Shown piece after piece: positions 1 through 10,061 of a stretch of DNA of 64,000 bases. A program made the position numbers and the translations under genes. How positions within the stretch are numbered: position 1 is the stretch's first letter; the number at the start of each line of letters is the position of its first letter. The stretch spans positions 186,001-250,000 of the forward strand of contig OY759598.1 of assembly GCA_963662435.1 (NCBI GenBank), read 5' to 3'. This stretch comes from Dehalococcoidia bacterium. Its GTDB lineage: Bacteria > Chloroflexota > Dehalococcoidia > Lucifugimonadales > VXLM01. The notes below the pieces were generated by a model, which searched no databases, was not told the origin of the DNA, and saw only the letters and a program-made list of their open reading frames with translations.

Positions 1-455
1 GGAAGAGCGATAGCCAAAGGAATGAAACTCAAGGCACTAAGCGGCCAGACCAAACCAAACAAGAGTACGTAAGCGCCGCGGATCACAGAGTTTGGCAAGG
101 TTTTATTGTGCATCCGCGCAACCAGGTAAATCCACGGCCCTAGAAAGAGAACCGAGTAAATTGCGCCAACTAGAGCATACCTCCAAACGTCCAGTCCTTT
201 CGCGTGGGCTACCCGCGCACAGATCAGTGCGGCGAATGGTGCCCAAGCCACTCCAACTACAAGAGCCAATCCTACGAACAGGACAGGAAAGATGAAGGTA
301 ATAAGGATTCCTGCCCCAAGATATGCTACCTCATTGCCTGCAAGCCCAAACCAATTAGGTAACACCACACCTACAAAAACTACTACAGCCGGTACTAGAG
401 CCACCGCGATGCATCCCAGACCCGGCCTACAACCGGACTTCTTATCTATATGCAA
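1..455 (-). CDS. Hypothetical polytopic membrane protein, 3' end runs off the window
   Basis: Manual translation from TTG at 455 (GGAG upstream) is open to base 1 and strongly hydrophobic (IAVALVPAVVVFVGVV...LVVGVAWAPFAALICARVAHAKGL...). Not in the ORF track because no stop is in the window. Confidence 0.6.
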   Translation of the reverse strand, partial: MHIDKKSGCRPGLGCIAVALVPAVVVFVGVVLPNWFGLAGNEVAYLGAGILITFIFPVLFVGLALVVGVAWAPFAALICARVAHAKGLDVWRYALVGAIYSVLFLGPWIYLVARMHNKTLPNSVIRGAYVLLFGLVWPLSALSFIPLAIAL

Positions 456-460
456 GTCTC

Positions 461-844
461 CTACTCTGTACTAATGAACTCGGGCTTTATATTCGAGAAG
501 TTAAAGTCATAGTGTGTCTTGTCTGAGAACCAGCGTAAGTTGTTTGGTTTGGCGACCACGTCGAATATTGCTCTCGACTTAGTTGCCTCACAACCGTCTG
601 GCAGCTTTTGGATCTCAAATCTAGCAAACGACCGGGCACCTATGTGCCACACTTCTATAGGATCATGTAGCATTCGACTTACCTGTCGAGCTGTGTAAGC
701 GCAATTCGGCTCAAAAAGCACGCCTAGTCCAACAAGATATTCATTAATGGTTATACCTTGTTTACAGCCATCTTTGATTTCCAAACTCGCAATAAAACTC
801 CATCCAACATTTGATTCTTGTTGTGTGATCGTGATGTCTTTCAA
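461..844 (-). CDS. Hypothetical protein, possibly a fragment
   Basis: 127-aa ORF ending just upstream of the membrane gene; no family recognised. Confidence 0.35.
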   Translation of the reverse strand: MKDITITQQESNVGWSFIASLEIKDGCKQGITINEYLVGLGVLFEPNCAYTARQVSRMLHDPIEVWHIGARSFARFEIQKLPDGCEATKSRAIFDVVAKPNNLRWFSDKTHYDFNFSNIKPEFISTE

Positions 845-1127
845 TCGAAATTCCTCACACTGGGCTGTGTCAACCTACAAGATAGTGGAATCACATACGA
901 GCCGAAATGGGAACGGGACTTCCCTCTGCTACTCTTGGCCTACAGTTGGCGTAACCACCACGGGGCGAAGGTTTCTGATCCTGTCCAGCTAGGTGAGGAT
1001 ATAGGGTACTAACGCGAGTCACCCTATACCCATTTCCTGTGCTTGTCGAATTGATGTAATGGGTGATACAAAGGGGAATTATAAAGTAACGTTGACAAAG
1101 GCGGGTGTTTGAACTAGACTCTAGTGC

Positions 1128-2326
1128 ATGGACGCGAACTACGTCAACCGCACCATTTGGACGCGGGATTGCCTCGATATCCTACGGGGCATGAACAGCG
1201 AATGCGTAGACCTCATATACCTCGACCCGCCCTTCAACTCAAATGCCAACTACGCCGCTCCCATAGGCTCTCAGGCCGCAGGCGCCGCCTTCAAGGACAC
1301 GTGGTCCCTCTCGGACGTTGACGCCGAATGGGTGAACCTCATAGAGGCCAAGTACCCCGCGCTCCAGCGCGTCCTACTGGCCGCCATGTCCGACAGCGAC
1401 AAGTCCTATCTCGTCTACATGGCGGCGCGACTCTTGGAAATGCGGCGTGTCCTCAAGCCTACAGGGAGCATCTATCTCCATTGCGACCCCACCATGAGCC
1501 ACTACCTCAAGCTACTCATGGACGCCGTGTTCGGACGCCGGAGCTTCAGGAATGAGATTATCTGGGCATACCGAGGGGGGGGGTTCCCCGATACGACTTT
1601 GCCCGCAAGCACGATGTCATACTCCGGTACTCACCTTCCCGAACGCCGACTTTCAATGTCGATGACGTACGGATTCCGTACTCGGATGATTCCAACGAGC
1701 GACTGCGTTACAAGGCAAGGTCGTTTCGCGGTGATAGAACCTACGATGCATATGAGCAAAACCCGCTAGGCAAGCATCCCGAAGACTGGTGGACGATGCA
1801 AGCCATAATGCCCTCTTCGGGTGAACGTATCGGCTACCCGACGCAGAAGCCGCTCGCCTTGTTGGAGCGCATCATCAAGGCGTCGTCGAACGAGGGCGGC
1901 ATGGTGCTTGATCCGTTCTGTGGTTGCGCTACGACATGCGTCGCGGCTGACAGACTGGAGCGGCAATGGGCCGGTATCGACCTCTCCCCTATCGCCGGTG
2001 AGCTTGTCCTCAAGCGTCTCCGAGACGACCGGGGGCCGATGTTCAACGACGTCGTTCATCGGACGGACATACCGCGCCGTACAGACCTCGGAGACCTACC
2101 GGCCTACAGGACACACAAGCCTACGCTGTACGGCCTACAGGAAGGCAACTGTGAGGGGTGTAGACACCACTTTGAGGCGCGGAACCTAGAGGTAGACCAT
2201 ATCATCCCGCGAAGGAAGGGGGGCACGGACCATATCGACAACCTTCAGCTGCTGTGCGGCTCGTGCAATCGCATCAAGGGCGATAGGGGTATGAAGTATC
2301 TACGAGTGAAACTGCAACTACGGTGA
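1128..2326 (+). pseudogene. Beta-class N4/N6 DNA methyltransferase fused to a C-terminal HNH endonuclease; frameshift in a G9 tract
   Basis: Motif IV LIYLDPPFN, GYPTQKP, motif [12 protein letters not shown], then CEGC...EVDHIIPRRKGG...NLQLLCGSCNRIKG. Adding one G at 1575-1583 gives the continuous RGGGVPRYDFARKHD. Confidence 0.85.
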
Positions 2327-2335
2327 GGTGTCGAA

Positions 2336-2557
2336 ATGTCTAAGTCTCGGTGGACGGTGGACGCTCAGACGCTTGCCGTCGTAATTGAGCTACTTCTATC
2401 ACTCTGTCGGCAAAGGATTCCACCGCTTGAGCTAGAGCGTCTACTTGAAGATGCTCTCTATAACAGCCCGGGAGCTGAACGCCTAACTCCTGACCAAAGG
2501 CAAAGTGCTTGGCGTCTTTGTCAGGGTATTCTGGATGCTCTTCGCATGACAGAATGA
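2336..2557 (+). CDS. Small hypothetical passenger protein in the IS1595 element
   Basis: 73-aa ORF with GAGGTG RBS directly after the MTase-HNH stop. Confidence 0.45.
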   Translation: MSKSRWTVDAQTLAVVIELLLSLCRQRIPPLELERLLEDALYNSPGAERLTPDQRQSAWRLCQGILDALRMTE

Positions 2558-2581
2558 TGGTCGCGGTACCAGCTATCGTCG

Positions 2582-3537
2582 TCACGCTATCAGCTCCCTG
2601 TATGTGAGCCTCTTGCCGGTGAGTCCCTGGGCAAGGTGTGTCATTTGCTCGATGGTGTCCATAGTGCGAATGCCATGCCGACCGGAGAACTCCGCGATGT
2701 AGCGGTGAAGGTGCTTGCCGCTCATCCAGTGGTATGTACCCTGATATCCGCGTTTGAGCATAGCCCAGAACGATTCGACGCCGTTCGTGTGCGCCATGCC
2801 TCTGACGTACTCGCCTACCGAGTGATTGACGGCCTCATGTTGGATTCCGTTCAGCATGTCTCCAACCCCTGTGTACGCCGAAGCTCCGTCCGTGTAAACG
2901 GTCGCGCCGTAGGCTACGCTGTCATTGACGAACGTCCACAGTGTCGCTCTATCGGGTGTATCGACGACGCGAGCCTTCACCTTACCCGTCTCCCTATCCT
3001 TCGCCCCAACAACGGCTGTCTTGCCGACTGGACCGCGTCCGGCGTGTTGCTTCTTGGACTCTCGTGCTTGTTGCGTTCCTTGCCGCCGATGTAGGACTCA
3101 TCCAGTTCTACGGGGCCGCCGAAGGGAGAGTCGTCGTCGTTCTCAAACGCCTTGCGGATGCGTTGCAGCATGAACCACGCGGTAGGCTGTGATACCCCAA
3201 TATCCCTATGGAGCTTCATCGACGACACACCCTTGAGGTTCGTGAGGTGCAAGTAGATCGCCCATACCCACTTGCGGAGCGGCACTTTCGACGCCTCTAG
3301 GAGCGTTCCCGTTCGCACGGAGAAATAGGAGCGGCAATCAGAGCACCAGTAGGGCATATTGGCATGGGATGACTCTACTGTGCTCATGCTCCCGCATTTG
3401 GGGCAGCATCTCCCATTGGCCCATATCTTCGACTCTAGCCATTCTCTCGCGCTGTCCTCATTGGGGAACATCTCCGCGAGTTCAATCATGGTGATGCCGT
3501 TTCGGTATGCCTTGCCGGGGGCGTTTATGCTGGCCAT
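2582..3537 (-). pseudogene. IS1595-family transposase, frameshifted
   Basis: Zn ribbon CPKC...CSDC, HTH, ELDESY, YTDG, HTNGVESFWAMLKRG, YIAEF. A 2-nt AG insertion near 3060 splits it relative to the intact copy at 33658. Confidence 0.9.
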
Positions 3538-3609
3538 TCGGAGCCTCACTTTCTACCACTAATCATAGCAAAAACACCCGCCTTTGTCAACGTTACTTTA
3601 TAATTCCCC

Positions 3610-4384
3610 AACCAAACGCAGATACAAGCATCCTGATATCGGTATACTCCATATTCTACGGCGTAACAGCCCCTGATACTTACATTTCAGAGGGCTTGTG
3701 TCAAGGGCGACACCTATCCCCAGCCCGATGTCGGACGGGCATGTGGAATGCGGTCTCGCCGTGGACGACCCATCCAACATCGGACTAATGGCAGACTGCT
3801 CGGTGCTGCTCGCGGCTAAGGATATTCTCGCGGGAACAGCATCGCTTAATTGGTCGCCGTCCCCCCGCATAGACCAATTGGATGGCCTCCGCCTTGACGG
3901 TAGCCCCAAAAGAGTGACTGCTATCAAGCTCGATAAGAGAAGATTGACGGGGCAGATACCCGCCATTCTTGGCAACTTGGACAAGCTGGAAGAGCTCTGG
4001 CTCGACAACAACGGTCTGTCCGGTGATATCCCACCGGAGATCGGCAATCTGACAGCACTGGAGTGGCTGGGGCTCTCCGAGAATCGGCTAACTGGAGCGA
4101 TTCCGTCACATATTGGTAATCTCACCAGCCTTGAATTCTTGTGGCTGTTCAGCAACCATTTGACCGGCCCCCTCCCACCGGAGTTGGGCAACCTTAACAA
4201 TCTGACGGCCTTGGGGCTGGCGATCAACCAGTTGACCGGGGCGATACCATCTGAGTTGGGCAAGCTGACTAATTTGGAATACCTCGCAATCGACTTCAAC
4301 CAACTCACAGGCTGCGTCCCGTCTAGCTTACGTGAGGCATACGAAGAGGCGAACGAGGGTGATTATCCCATCTGTCGGGAATAG
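3610..4384 (+). pseudogene. 3' part of a secreted LRR protein (paralogue of 12271-14847), cut by the IS1595 end
   Basis: Plant-type LRRs (NxLTGxIPxELGxL); SIFYGVTAPDTY and DCSVLLAAKDILAGTASLNWS match the CAP-LRR protein; no 5' part beyond the IS end. Confidence 0.75.
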
Positions 4385-4591
4385 CTCCCAGCAACAACCC
4401 CGGCACTTGCGAAGCCGACATCTACACTGGTGTCACCAGCGCTGGGCGCTGGGGTTGGTCATCAACCCTGTTCTCAGCCTCAGGAAACTCTTGCCGTCGG
4501 TGTTCTGGTTGTTTTCGCTTCCTCGCCGTAGGATGCCACCCAAGAATTCCATATCATGCGATCCATGTTGCGGGGAGTAAGTTACCGATCT

Positions 4592-5050
4592 TTATTGTTC
4601 TCGGTCTCTCTTCTTTCTCTCGCTGTATGCGTAGACAGCTATCGGTCCAACTGAAGCGGCACCGGCAACGAAGAAGAGTTGACTGAATACCTCGTTGTTC
4701 AAGAGCAACCTGAGTTGCTCACTGCTTGCTTGGTCTTCTGACGAAAGTTCCAAGATTATATCTATAACTAGGTATGGGAAAAACCCGGCAACCGCTCCTA
4801 AAACCATTCCCACAATAGCAACCAGAAACTCCATACGGTACGACCAAGCAAAGTTGACTGTAGGGACGAACATAGCGAGGAGGATAAGGATTGCAAGCAG
4901 AGTGTTCAGATTGCCTTTTTGAACCGCCTGCCATATTTCCGTTCCCAAGTAGTAAACGACGGCGACAAAGCCAAAGCCAACTGCAACACGAGGCAACCAA
5001 CTCTTCCACCTCTTGCCTATATCAGTGACTCGTCTCATCAAATCAGGCAT
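4592..5050 (-). CDS. Hypothetical 4-TM membrane protein
   Basis: 152-aa ORF with four hydrophobic segments. Confidence 0.55.
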   Translation of the reverse strand: MPDLMRRVTDIGKRWKSWLPRVAVGFGFVAVVYYLGTEIWQAVQKGNLNTLLAILILLAMFVPTVNFAWSYRMEFLVAIVGMVLGAVAGFFPYLVIDIILELSSEDQASSEQLRLLLNNEVFSQLFFVAGAASVGPIAVYAYSERKKRDREQ

Positions 5051-5568
5051 ATCGCTCGGCCTCTACACATATCGTCGTAATCAGAGAGTCTGAGAGGATG
5101 TTGACTTGGATCGGATTCCGGCTATACCCCCCCCCAGCGAACTCGCCTATCCAGCGTACGTTTTCGACGACCGGGCTCGTCACCCGGAAGAAGCTCTCGT
5201 CAGCGGTCCATAGCTCACAATCCAGTGTCTCGGCCAAGGCCAGATAGTGTGAGTCGTAGACTGCTCCCTGGTTGAGTCGGCTTGCCAACTCCAATGATCT
5301 TCCGTAAAGGTCTGGGGGGCCATGCAACTCGATTCCAGACACGGGCAGACTCTCGGACAAGCCCACAAGCCTCTTGTACGCTCATCTCTTTTCGCCTAAC
5401 CCGCCTGTGAAGGGCGTTGGCTACCTCCACAGGCATAAATGCAGGTGCTGCTGTCCGGACTCCCTGGTTTTCCCACGATCGTGCGACCGTGCGGGCCTCC
5501 TCAGAATGGTCTTCTTTCACCAGCCACTTGAACGCTAGGCTCGCGTCCACGACGACATGACCATTCAC
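5043..5568 (-). pseudogene. vapC: PIN-domain VapC toxin, frameshifted near 5355
   Basis: VVVDASLAFKW...EVANAL in one frame; VYDSHYLALAETLDCELWTAD in the next. Confidence 0.8.
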
Positions 5569-5852
5569 GATATGTTCCTGGACTCGCGGGCCTCTCGGAT
5601 GGACTCTGTCGAATCTCCGGGGAATATCCTATCTCCCAGTATCTCGTGGCGAGTCGTCTCCAGCCTTGAGAAGGAAAAACGACCAGTGGGGAAGCCGGGC
5701 CTGCCGTTGGCCTCGTCGAGTGCCAACTCCTTGTCTATAGCAGTCAGGCAGTATCGACGCATGCTGATGCCCTTGAGCGCGGCCACCGCCTTCAGACGCC
5801 TTTGCACCGGAGGGTCTAGATCCAGGGTGAGTCGTTTCTTTTTGATGTTCAT
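5565..5852 (-). CDS. vapB: Ribbon-helix-helix antitoxin
   Basis: KRLTLDLDPPVQRRLKAVAALKGISMRRY; ends IREARESR; ATGA overlap with vapC. Confidence 0.75.
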   Translation of the reverse strand: MNIKKKRLTLDLDPPVQRRLKAVAALKGISMRRYCLTAIDKELALDEANGRPGFPTGRFSFSRLETTRHEILGDRIFPGDSTESIREARESRNIS

Positions 5853-5980
5853 CGCGCCATTCCCTCCTCAAACTAATCTGTCTGGATAGAGAATAACGCA
5901 AACACAGAAAACTCTCAATGTGCCCGCACGAACGTAACTGTTCAGAGTTGATGAGAGGGACTTAAAAGCCCTAGCGGGTT

Positions 5981-7378
5981 GTGGAGCGGTTGTGTCATAA
6001 GAGAGAGGTGAGAATTGAACCTGACCTGAATAGTGCAAGCCGAGAGACTCTGCTGGCGGTCATCGCTGAGCAGCAAACGGTGATCGCTGAGTTACGACGA
6101 CGGATAGAGGAACTGGAGAGGCGGGACCCTCCTCGGGGGATGCCCGGCAACAAGCATACTCCTAAGCGGCCTCGACCGAAAAGGCCGGAGCCTCCGAAAA
6201 AGCGGACCCAAGGATTCGCCCGGCGGCGGATGAACTCCACTCGGCAAGTAGTACATGCCCTTGACTCGTGCCCCGAATGTGGGACAGGGATGACGGGGGG
6301 ATGGGTGCATCGGACACGAGAGGTCATCGAGATTCCGCTGGCTCCGGCAGAGGTGATCGAGCAGGTCTTCGTGGCTCGCATGTGTGCCCTATGCCGCAAG
6401 CGGCGTCTGCCTCAGGACTCGTTGAACCGAGAGGCAGTGGGACGTCAGCGCATGGGAATCAATCTGGTGAGCCTCATAGTGACCCTTCGCGAGGAGGGAC
6501 GGCTACCCATACGGAGCATCCAGCGCTACCTGTGGACGGTCCATCATCTGAAACTGAATGTGGGGGCCATAGTTGAGGCGATTCGCCGTGTGGCGCGACA
6601 GGCACGGCGGACAGTGGACGAGACGCTCGAACGCATTCGCGGCTCTCCGGTGGTGCATGCCGATGAGACCGGCTGGCGTGAGGACGGAGTCAACGGCTAT
6701 GTCTGGACATTCAGCACACCCACCGAGCGGTACTTCGTGCGTCGCGGTCGTGACAAGGGGGTGGTGGACGAGGTGTTGGGTGAGTCTTTCGACGGAGTGC
6801 TGGTGAGCGACTTCTACGCCGCGTACAACCATTATCCCGGTCTCACGCAGCGGTGCTGGGTACACCTGCTGCGTGACATCCATGAACTCAAGGCGCTGTA
6901 CCCTGAGGACACGGGTCTGGTTCGGTGGGCTGGGGCGGTGCGCCAACTCTATGACAGGGCGAGAGCGTGCGCTGAAGCAGGCGTTCAACCAGTGTCCGGG
7001 TACCAACGGTTGGTATCTCCCAACCAGTTGATGCTGGAGAGCCAACTGCTGTCACTATGCCGCCCCTTCTTAAACGACGAGACAGCGCCTCAAGCAAAAC
7101 TCTGCCGACGCATAGAGCGGTTCATCAAAAGCCTGCCCCGTACTCGATACGGGGAGCTGTTCGTCTTCGTATCGCATACAGACGTGCCGTCCGAGAACAA
7201 CGCTGCGGAACGGAGTCTGAGGCATCTGGTCATCAGCCGGAAGATCAGCGGCGGCACTCGCTCCGAACAGGGAACCAACAGCAAGATGACTCTGGCGTCC
7301 CTCTTGGGCACTTGGAGAGCAAAGAACCTCAATCCTCTCTCCGAATCCCGTAATCTACTCGTCTCACATCAACTCTGA
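5981..7378 (+). CDS. IS66 family transposase
   Basis: Coiled coil, CPECG Zn finger, HADETGW, VSDFYAAY, QRCWVHLLRD, NNAAERSLR. Confidence 0.92.
   Translation: MERLCHKREVRIEPDLNSASRETLLAVIAEQQTVIAELRRRIEELERRDPPRGMPGNKHTPKRPRPKRPEPPKKRTQGFARRRMNSTRQVVHALDSCPECGTGMTGGWVHRTREVIEIPLAPAEVIEQVFVARMCALCRKRRLPQDSLNREAVGRQRMGINLVSLIVTLREEGRLPIRSIQRYLWTVHHLKLNVGAIVEAIRRVARQARRTVDETLERIRGSPVVHADETGWREDGVNGYVWTFSTPTERYFVRRGRDKGVVDEVLGESFDGVLVSDFYAAYNHYPGLTQRCWVHLLRDIHELKALYPEDTGLVRWAGAVRQLYDRARACAEAGVQPVSGYQRLVSPNQLMLESQLLSLCRPFLNDETAPQAKLCRRIERFIKSLPRTRYGELFVFVSHTDVPSENNAAERSLRHLVISRKISGGTRSEQGTNSKMTLASLLGTWRAKNLNPLSESRNLLVSHQL
7136..7154. repeat. Palindrome CCCCGTA-CTCGA-TACGGGG within an apparent in-frame insertion in the IS66 transposase
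   Basis: 7-bp perfect stem with a 5-nt loop; encodes part of SLPRTRYG between ERFIK and ELFVFV. Confidence 0.6.
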
Positions 7379-7397
7379 ACAGTTACAGACAGAACTG

Positions 7398-8477
7398 TCA
7401 CACGGCGTATCGGTCTCTCCAGTAGGCTGACCATTCTGCGGTTGATTCGGGGAGGGATCGACACACCGCTTCGAGTAGGAGGGACTGTGCCACCATGTCG
7501 AAATGCGCGTCCGGGTCTTTCAGAGAGGCCCGCATTACGGCCTCCACTGTCGCCAGTTGGGCGAACCGCTGGGCCAAGGGCGGCGACGTGGATGTACCGC
7601 CGTCAGAGACCGCTCGGTAGGGCCAGTTCTCCTCCGGTACGACCACCACCACCTTGGCTTCGTCGACTGCCAACTCACCTTCCCGGACCATGCGGTCTGC
7701 CAGAAGTCTCTGGCGCATGATCTGGTAGAAGGGTTCGTAGAGAAACTCGTCCATATCCGGGACAGCAGCCGGATCGAACGACGAAGATGGGGCATGGTAA
7801 TGCTCTGAGTATCTGCGCCGGCGCATGCCGCCGCTGACTCCCTTGCCTTTGAAATCCGGGCGACCGCTCAGATACCGCTCCAGGTACTTCCATTCGAGCA
7901 GGTAGGCCCGCCTTCTTCCCGTCGTTATCTCTCCTACCAGGAGGGCGTCGACGCTGGTGTTCTGAGCGCCCCTAACCCTACCTCCTTCAAGAGATTGGCC
8001 AAGGCCGATCCACTCGAACTCCAGGGGAGACTCGTGCCCTTCATGCGTGATGGCCGCGACACCCACGACGTCATCATCGAGGGCACGCAGAACCGACAGC
8101 AACGCCTCGGGGATTGTGGTCAGGGGAAGCAGGAAGTTCACGCAGGCCACCTGGGAGCTGGTCATATTGCGTGTCGGTCCAATTGAGTCGGCGTCGTCGT
8201 TTCCCGAATCCTTCCACCACTTGATGTCGCGCTCGCTGAAGAAGTCGATGGCTCCCCCATCGCCCCGTATGCCAGGGAAGAAGTTCTCGACCTCGCAGCC
8301 CAGCGCCAACAGATGAGGGTTGCGTCTTCCGCCTTCGTCGTCGGGCGAGCGTCCTAGGTCGCTGATGGTCGAGGACCCGTCCCTGAACAGATTTTGGCGT
8401 CGCTTGGCGGCGCGCTCGAAATCGGGCCTTGAACCGTGTCTTGGCATCGCTGTTTTCTCCTCTAGTCTCTCAGGCAC
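7398..8477 (-). CDS. Putative PD-(D/E)XK restriction-endonuclease-like protein (PGN_0703-like)
   Basis: NMTSSQVACVNF, TSVDA...LLEWKYLE, PFYQIMRQRLLA. Confidence 0.6.
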   Translation of the reverse strand: MPERLEEKTAMPRHGSRPDFERAAKRRQNLFRDGSSTISDLGRSPDDEGGRRNPHLLALGCEVENFFPGIRGDGGAIDFFSERDIKWWKDSGNDDADSIGPTRNMTSSQVACVNFLLPLTTIPEALLSVLRALDDDVVGVAAITHEGHESPLEFEWIGLGQSLEGGRVRGAQNTSVDALLVGEITTGRRRAYLLEWKYLERYLSGRPDFKGKGVSGGMRRRRYSEHYHAPSSSFDPAAVPDMDEFLYEPFYQIMRQRLLADRMVREGELAVDEAKVVVVVPEENWPYRAVSDGGTSTSPPLAQRFAQLATVEAVMRASLKDPDAHFDMVAQSLLLEAVCRSLPESTAEWSAYWRDRYAV

Positions 8478-8609
8478 TTGTCTTACATCATGAAGGACAT
8501 TTGTTCTGAAACATAGTATTGCATCGTTGATGAGGCGTCAGCAGCAAGTCACCCTCATTTCTCCCGTTTAAGGGGTCGTTTTGTTCATCTACGTGCCTCT
8601 ACACCAACT

Positions 8610-9098
8610 CTATGGCGGTGAATACTCCCGTATTTGGCGTCTTATGTCCTCTAGCCGTTCCTCTCCCTCACGTCTCTTTTCTCTACCGGCCTTCTCTATT
8701 TCATCCCGCTTCTCGTTCTCCCAATGGCAATCCAACAGTTGAGGTATTAGCCGTTCGGGTGAGTGTAGACCAAACGAAGCAATGTCTGTGACTACCCTTT
8801 CCCCATCGTCGGGTGGTTGAAACAACTCTTTCGGGAGATAGCTATCGAGCTCCTGCCCCAGATGTTTTAGTGCCTCGCCCATGCTGTATTCGTGTCCGTT
8901 GTAGAACGTATGCAACATGTAGCTACAAGGGTACGTTAAGTTGAACTGATCGCCTGTCTCAGTTAGCTCCGGATACTTGATTGCGGTTGGCTGCAAAGAA
9001 TAGGCAGGTGCCGGACTATCATTTTGGGTGTCCTTTTCCTGACCACAGGACAGAATCAGCACGGCCGCAACCAGAATCGCCAAAACTGCAATGCTCAA
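8610..9098 (-). CDS. Hypothetical lipoprotein
   Basis: TTG start overlapping the upstream stop (TTGA); hydrophobic leader ending LILSC. Confidence 0.5.
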   Translation of the reverse strand: MSIAVLAILVAAVLILSCGQEKDTQNDSPAPAYSLQPTAIKYPELTETGDQFNLTYPCSYMLHTFYNGHEYSMGEALKHLGQELDSYLPKELFQPPDDGERVVTDIASFGLHSPERLIPQLLDCHWENEKRDEIEKAGREKRREGEERLEDIRRQIREYSPP

Positions 9099-9637
9099 GG
9101 CACATGCACCCGTGCTAAGGTGGTCACAGGGATAGTAGTCGGATTCTTTGCCTGATGCTGGCCAACAACCCAATGCCAACCCTGAGAGGTCGGCTTGAGC
9201 AGCGTCGCGGTAGTCACCATGCACCAGCTACAAGTGCTTCTGGCATATCGCCCGTCGGTCGCAACCGTAGCAATTAGTTTCTCAGCACCACCCCCTACCA
9301 GCAATCCGGTCAGTGCGGACGAGTAGCCCGGAACAGCGAACAGGTCGGCTATCCATCCGGGCAAGGACATAGTATGGCTCTCGCTATGGTGCTGCTTCAG
9401 TATTCCTACAAGCCATTTGGTGTGTGCGTCTAGATGCTCCGGCGGAGTCTCATCCAAGAAACGTGCAAATGCGTCCTCGGCGAACTCCTGATACTCATTC
9501 GGTAAGCCGTTTAGGGTCGTCGCCTCTGCACTCCCCGACAGGTAATTCTCTATCGACTGTTCCGTCTCTTGAGCGTGGGCTACACCTAACACCAGTAGGA
9601 GGAACACTACACCAATTCCAATGATCCGTGCTGTCAT
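9095..9637 (-). CDS. Hypothetical secreted protein
   Basis: Signal peptide ending AHA|QE; GGGAG RBS. Confidence 0.55.
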   Translation of the reverse strand: MTARIIGIGVVFLLLVLGVAHAQETEQSIENYLSGSAEATTLNGLPNEYQEFAEDAFARFLDETPPEHLDAHTKWLVGILKQHHSESHTMSLPGWIADLFAVPGYSSALTGLLVGGGAEKLIATVATDGRYARSTCSWCMVTTATLLKPTSQGWHWVVGQHQAKNPTTIPVTTLARVHVP

Positions 9638-9739
9638 TTCAAACTCCCTCCCTTTCTATGATGCGGCGACGCTACCACACTCGAATGTCGTGGGGCAAGA
9701 GGGCTTGCTTGCTGGTACTGAACGAAGCTCGAAGTCGGT

Positions 9740-10061
9740 CTCCGCGTCGGCCACCTGCACCGACAACAGCGTCAAGGTCGGCGGGCTGGCCGTGGACGCC
9801 GCGACGTCGAACAGCTTCACTATCTCCTAGACGGCTCTGCCCTGTCCCAAGGACTACGTGGTGCGCTACTGGCAAACGGACGACGGCAATGGTGGAGACA
9901 GCTTTACCCAGGTGGTCGTGCCCAACGCCGAGAATTCCTACACGGCGACGGGGCTGGCGGCGGACACCGAGTACACCATCCGCGTCCTGTACCGGGACGA
10001 GGAGGTGGGCCGTATCTGGAAGGCGTCGCCGCACTTCACCGTGCGGACGGCGGCGCAGTAG
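9740..10061 (+). pseudogene. Fibronectin type III domain fragment
   Basis: SNSFTIS*...YVVRYW...SYTATGLAADTEYTIRV; in-frame TAG (9828-9830) at the conserved Trp position. Confidence 0.6.

Larger units (their letters stand above)
1073..3609 (-). mobile_element. IS1595-family transporter IS (ISNwi1-like ends) carrying a methyltransferase-HNH passenger gene
   Basis: Perfect ~38-bp terminal inverted repeats GGGGAATTATAAAGTAACGTTGACAAAGGCGGGTGTTT (1073-1110; reverse complement ends at 3609) enclose an IS1595 transposase. No target duplication visible. Confidence 0.9.
5934..7386 (+). mobile_element. Single-ORF IS66-family element (ISBst12-like)
   Basis: Perfect 20-bp terminal IRs GTAACTGTTCAGAGTTGATG; no tnpA/tnpB accessory genes; no clear 8-bp target duplication. 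Confidence 0.9.
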
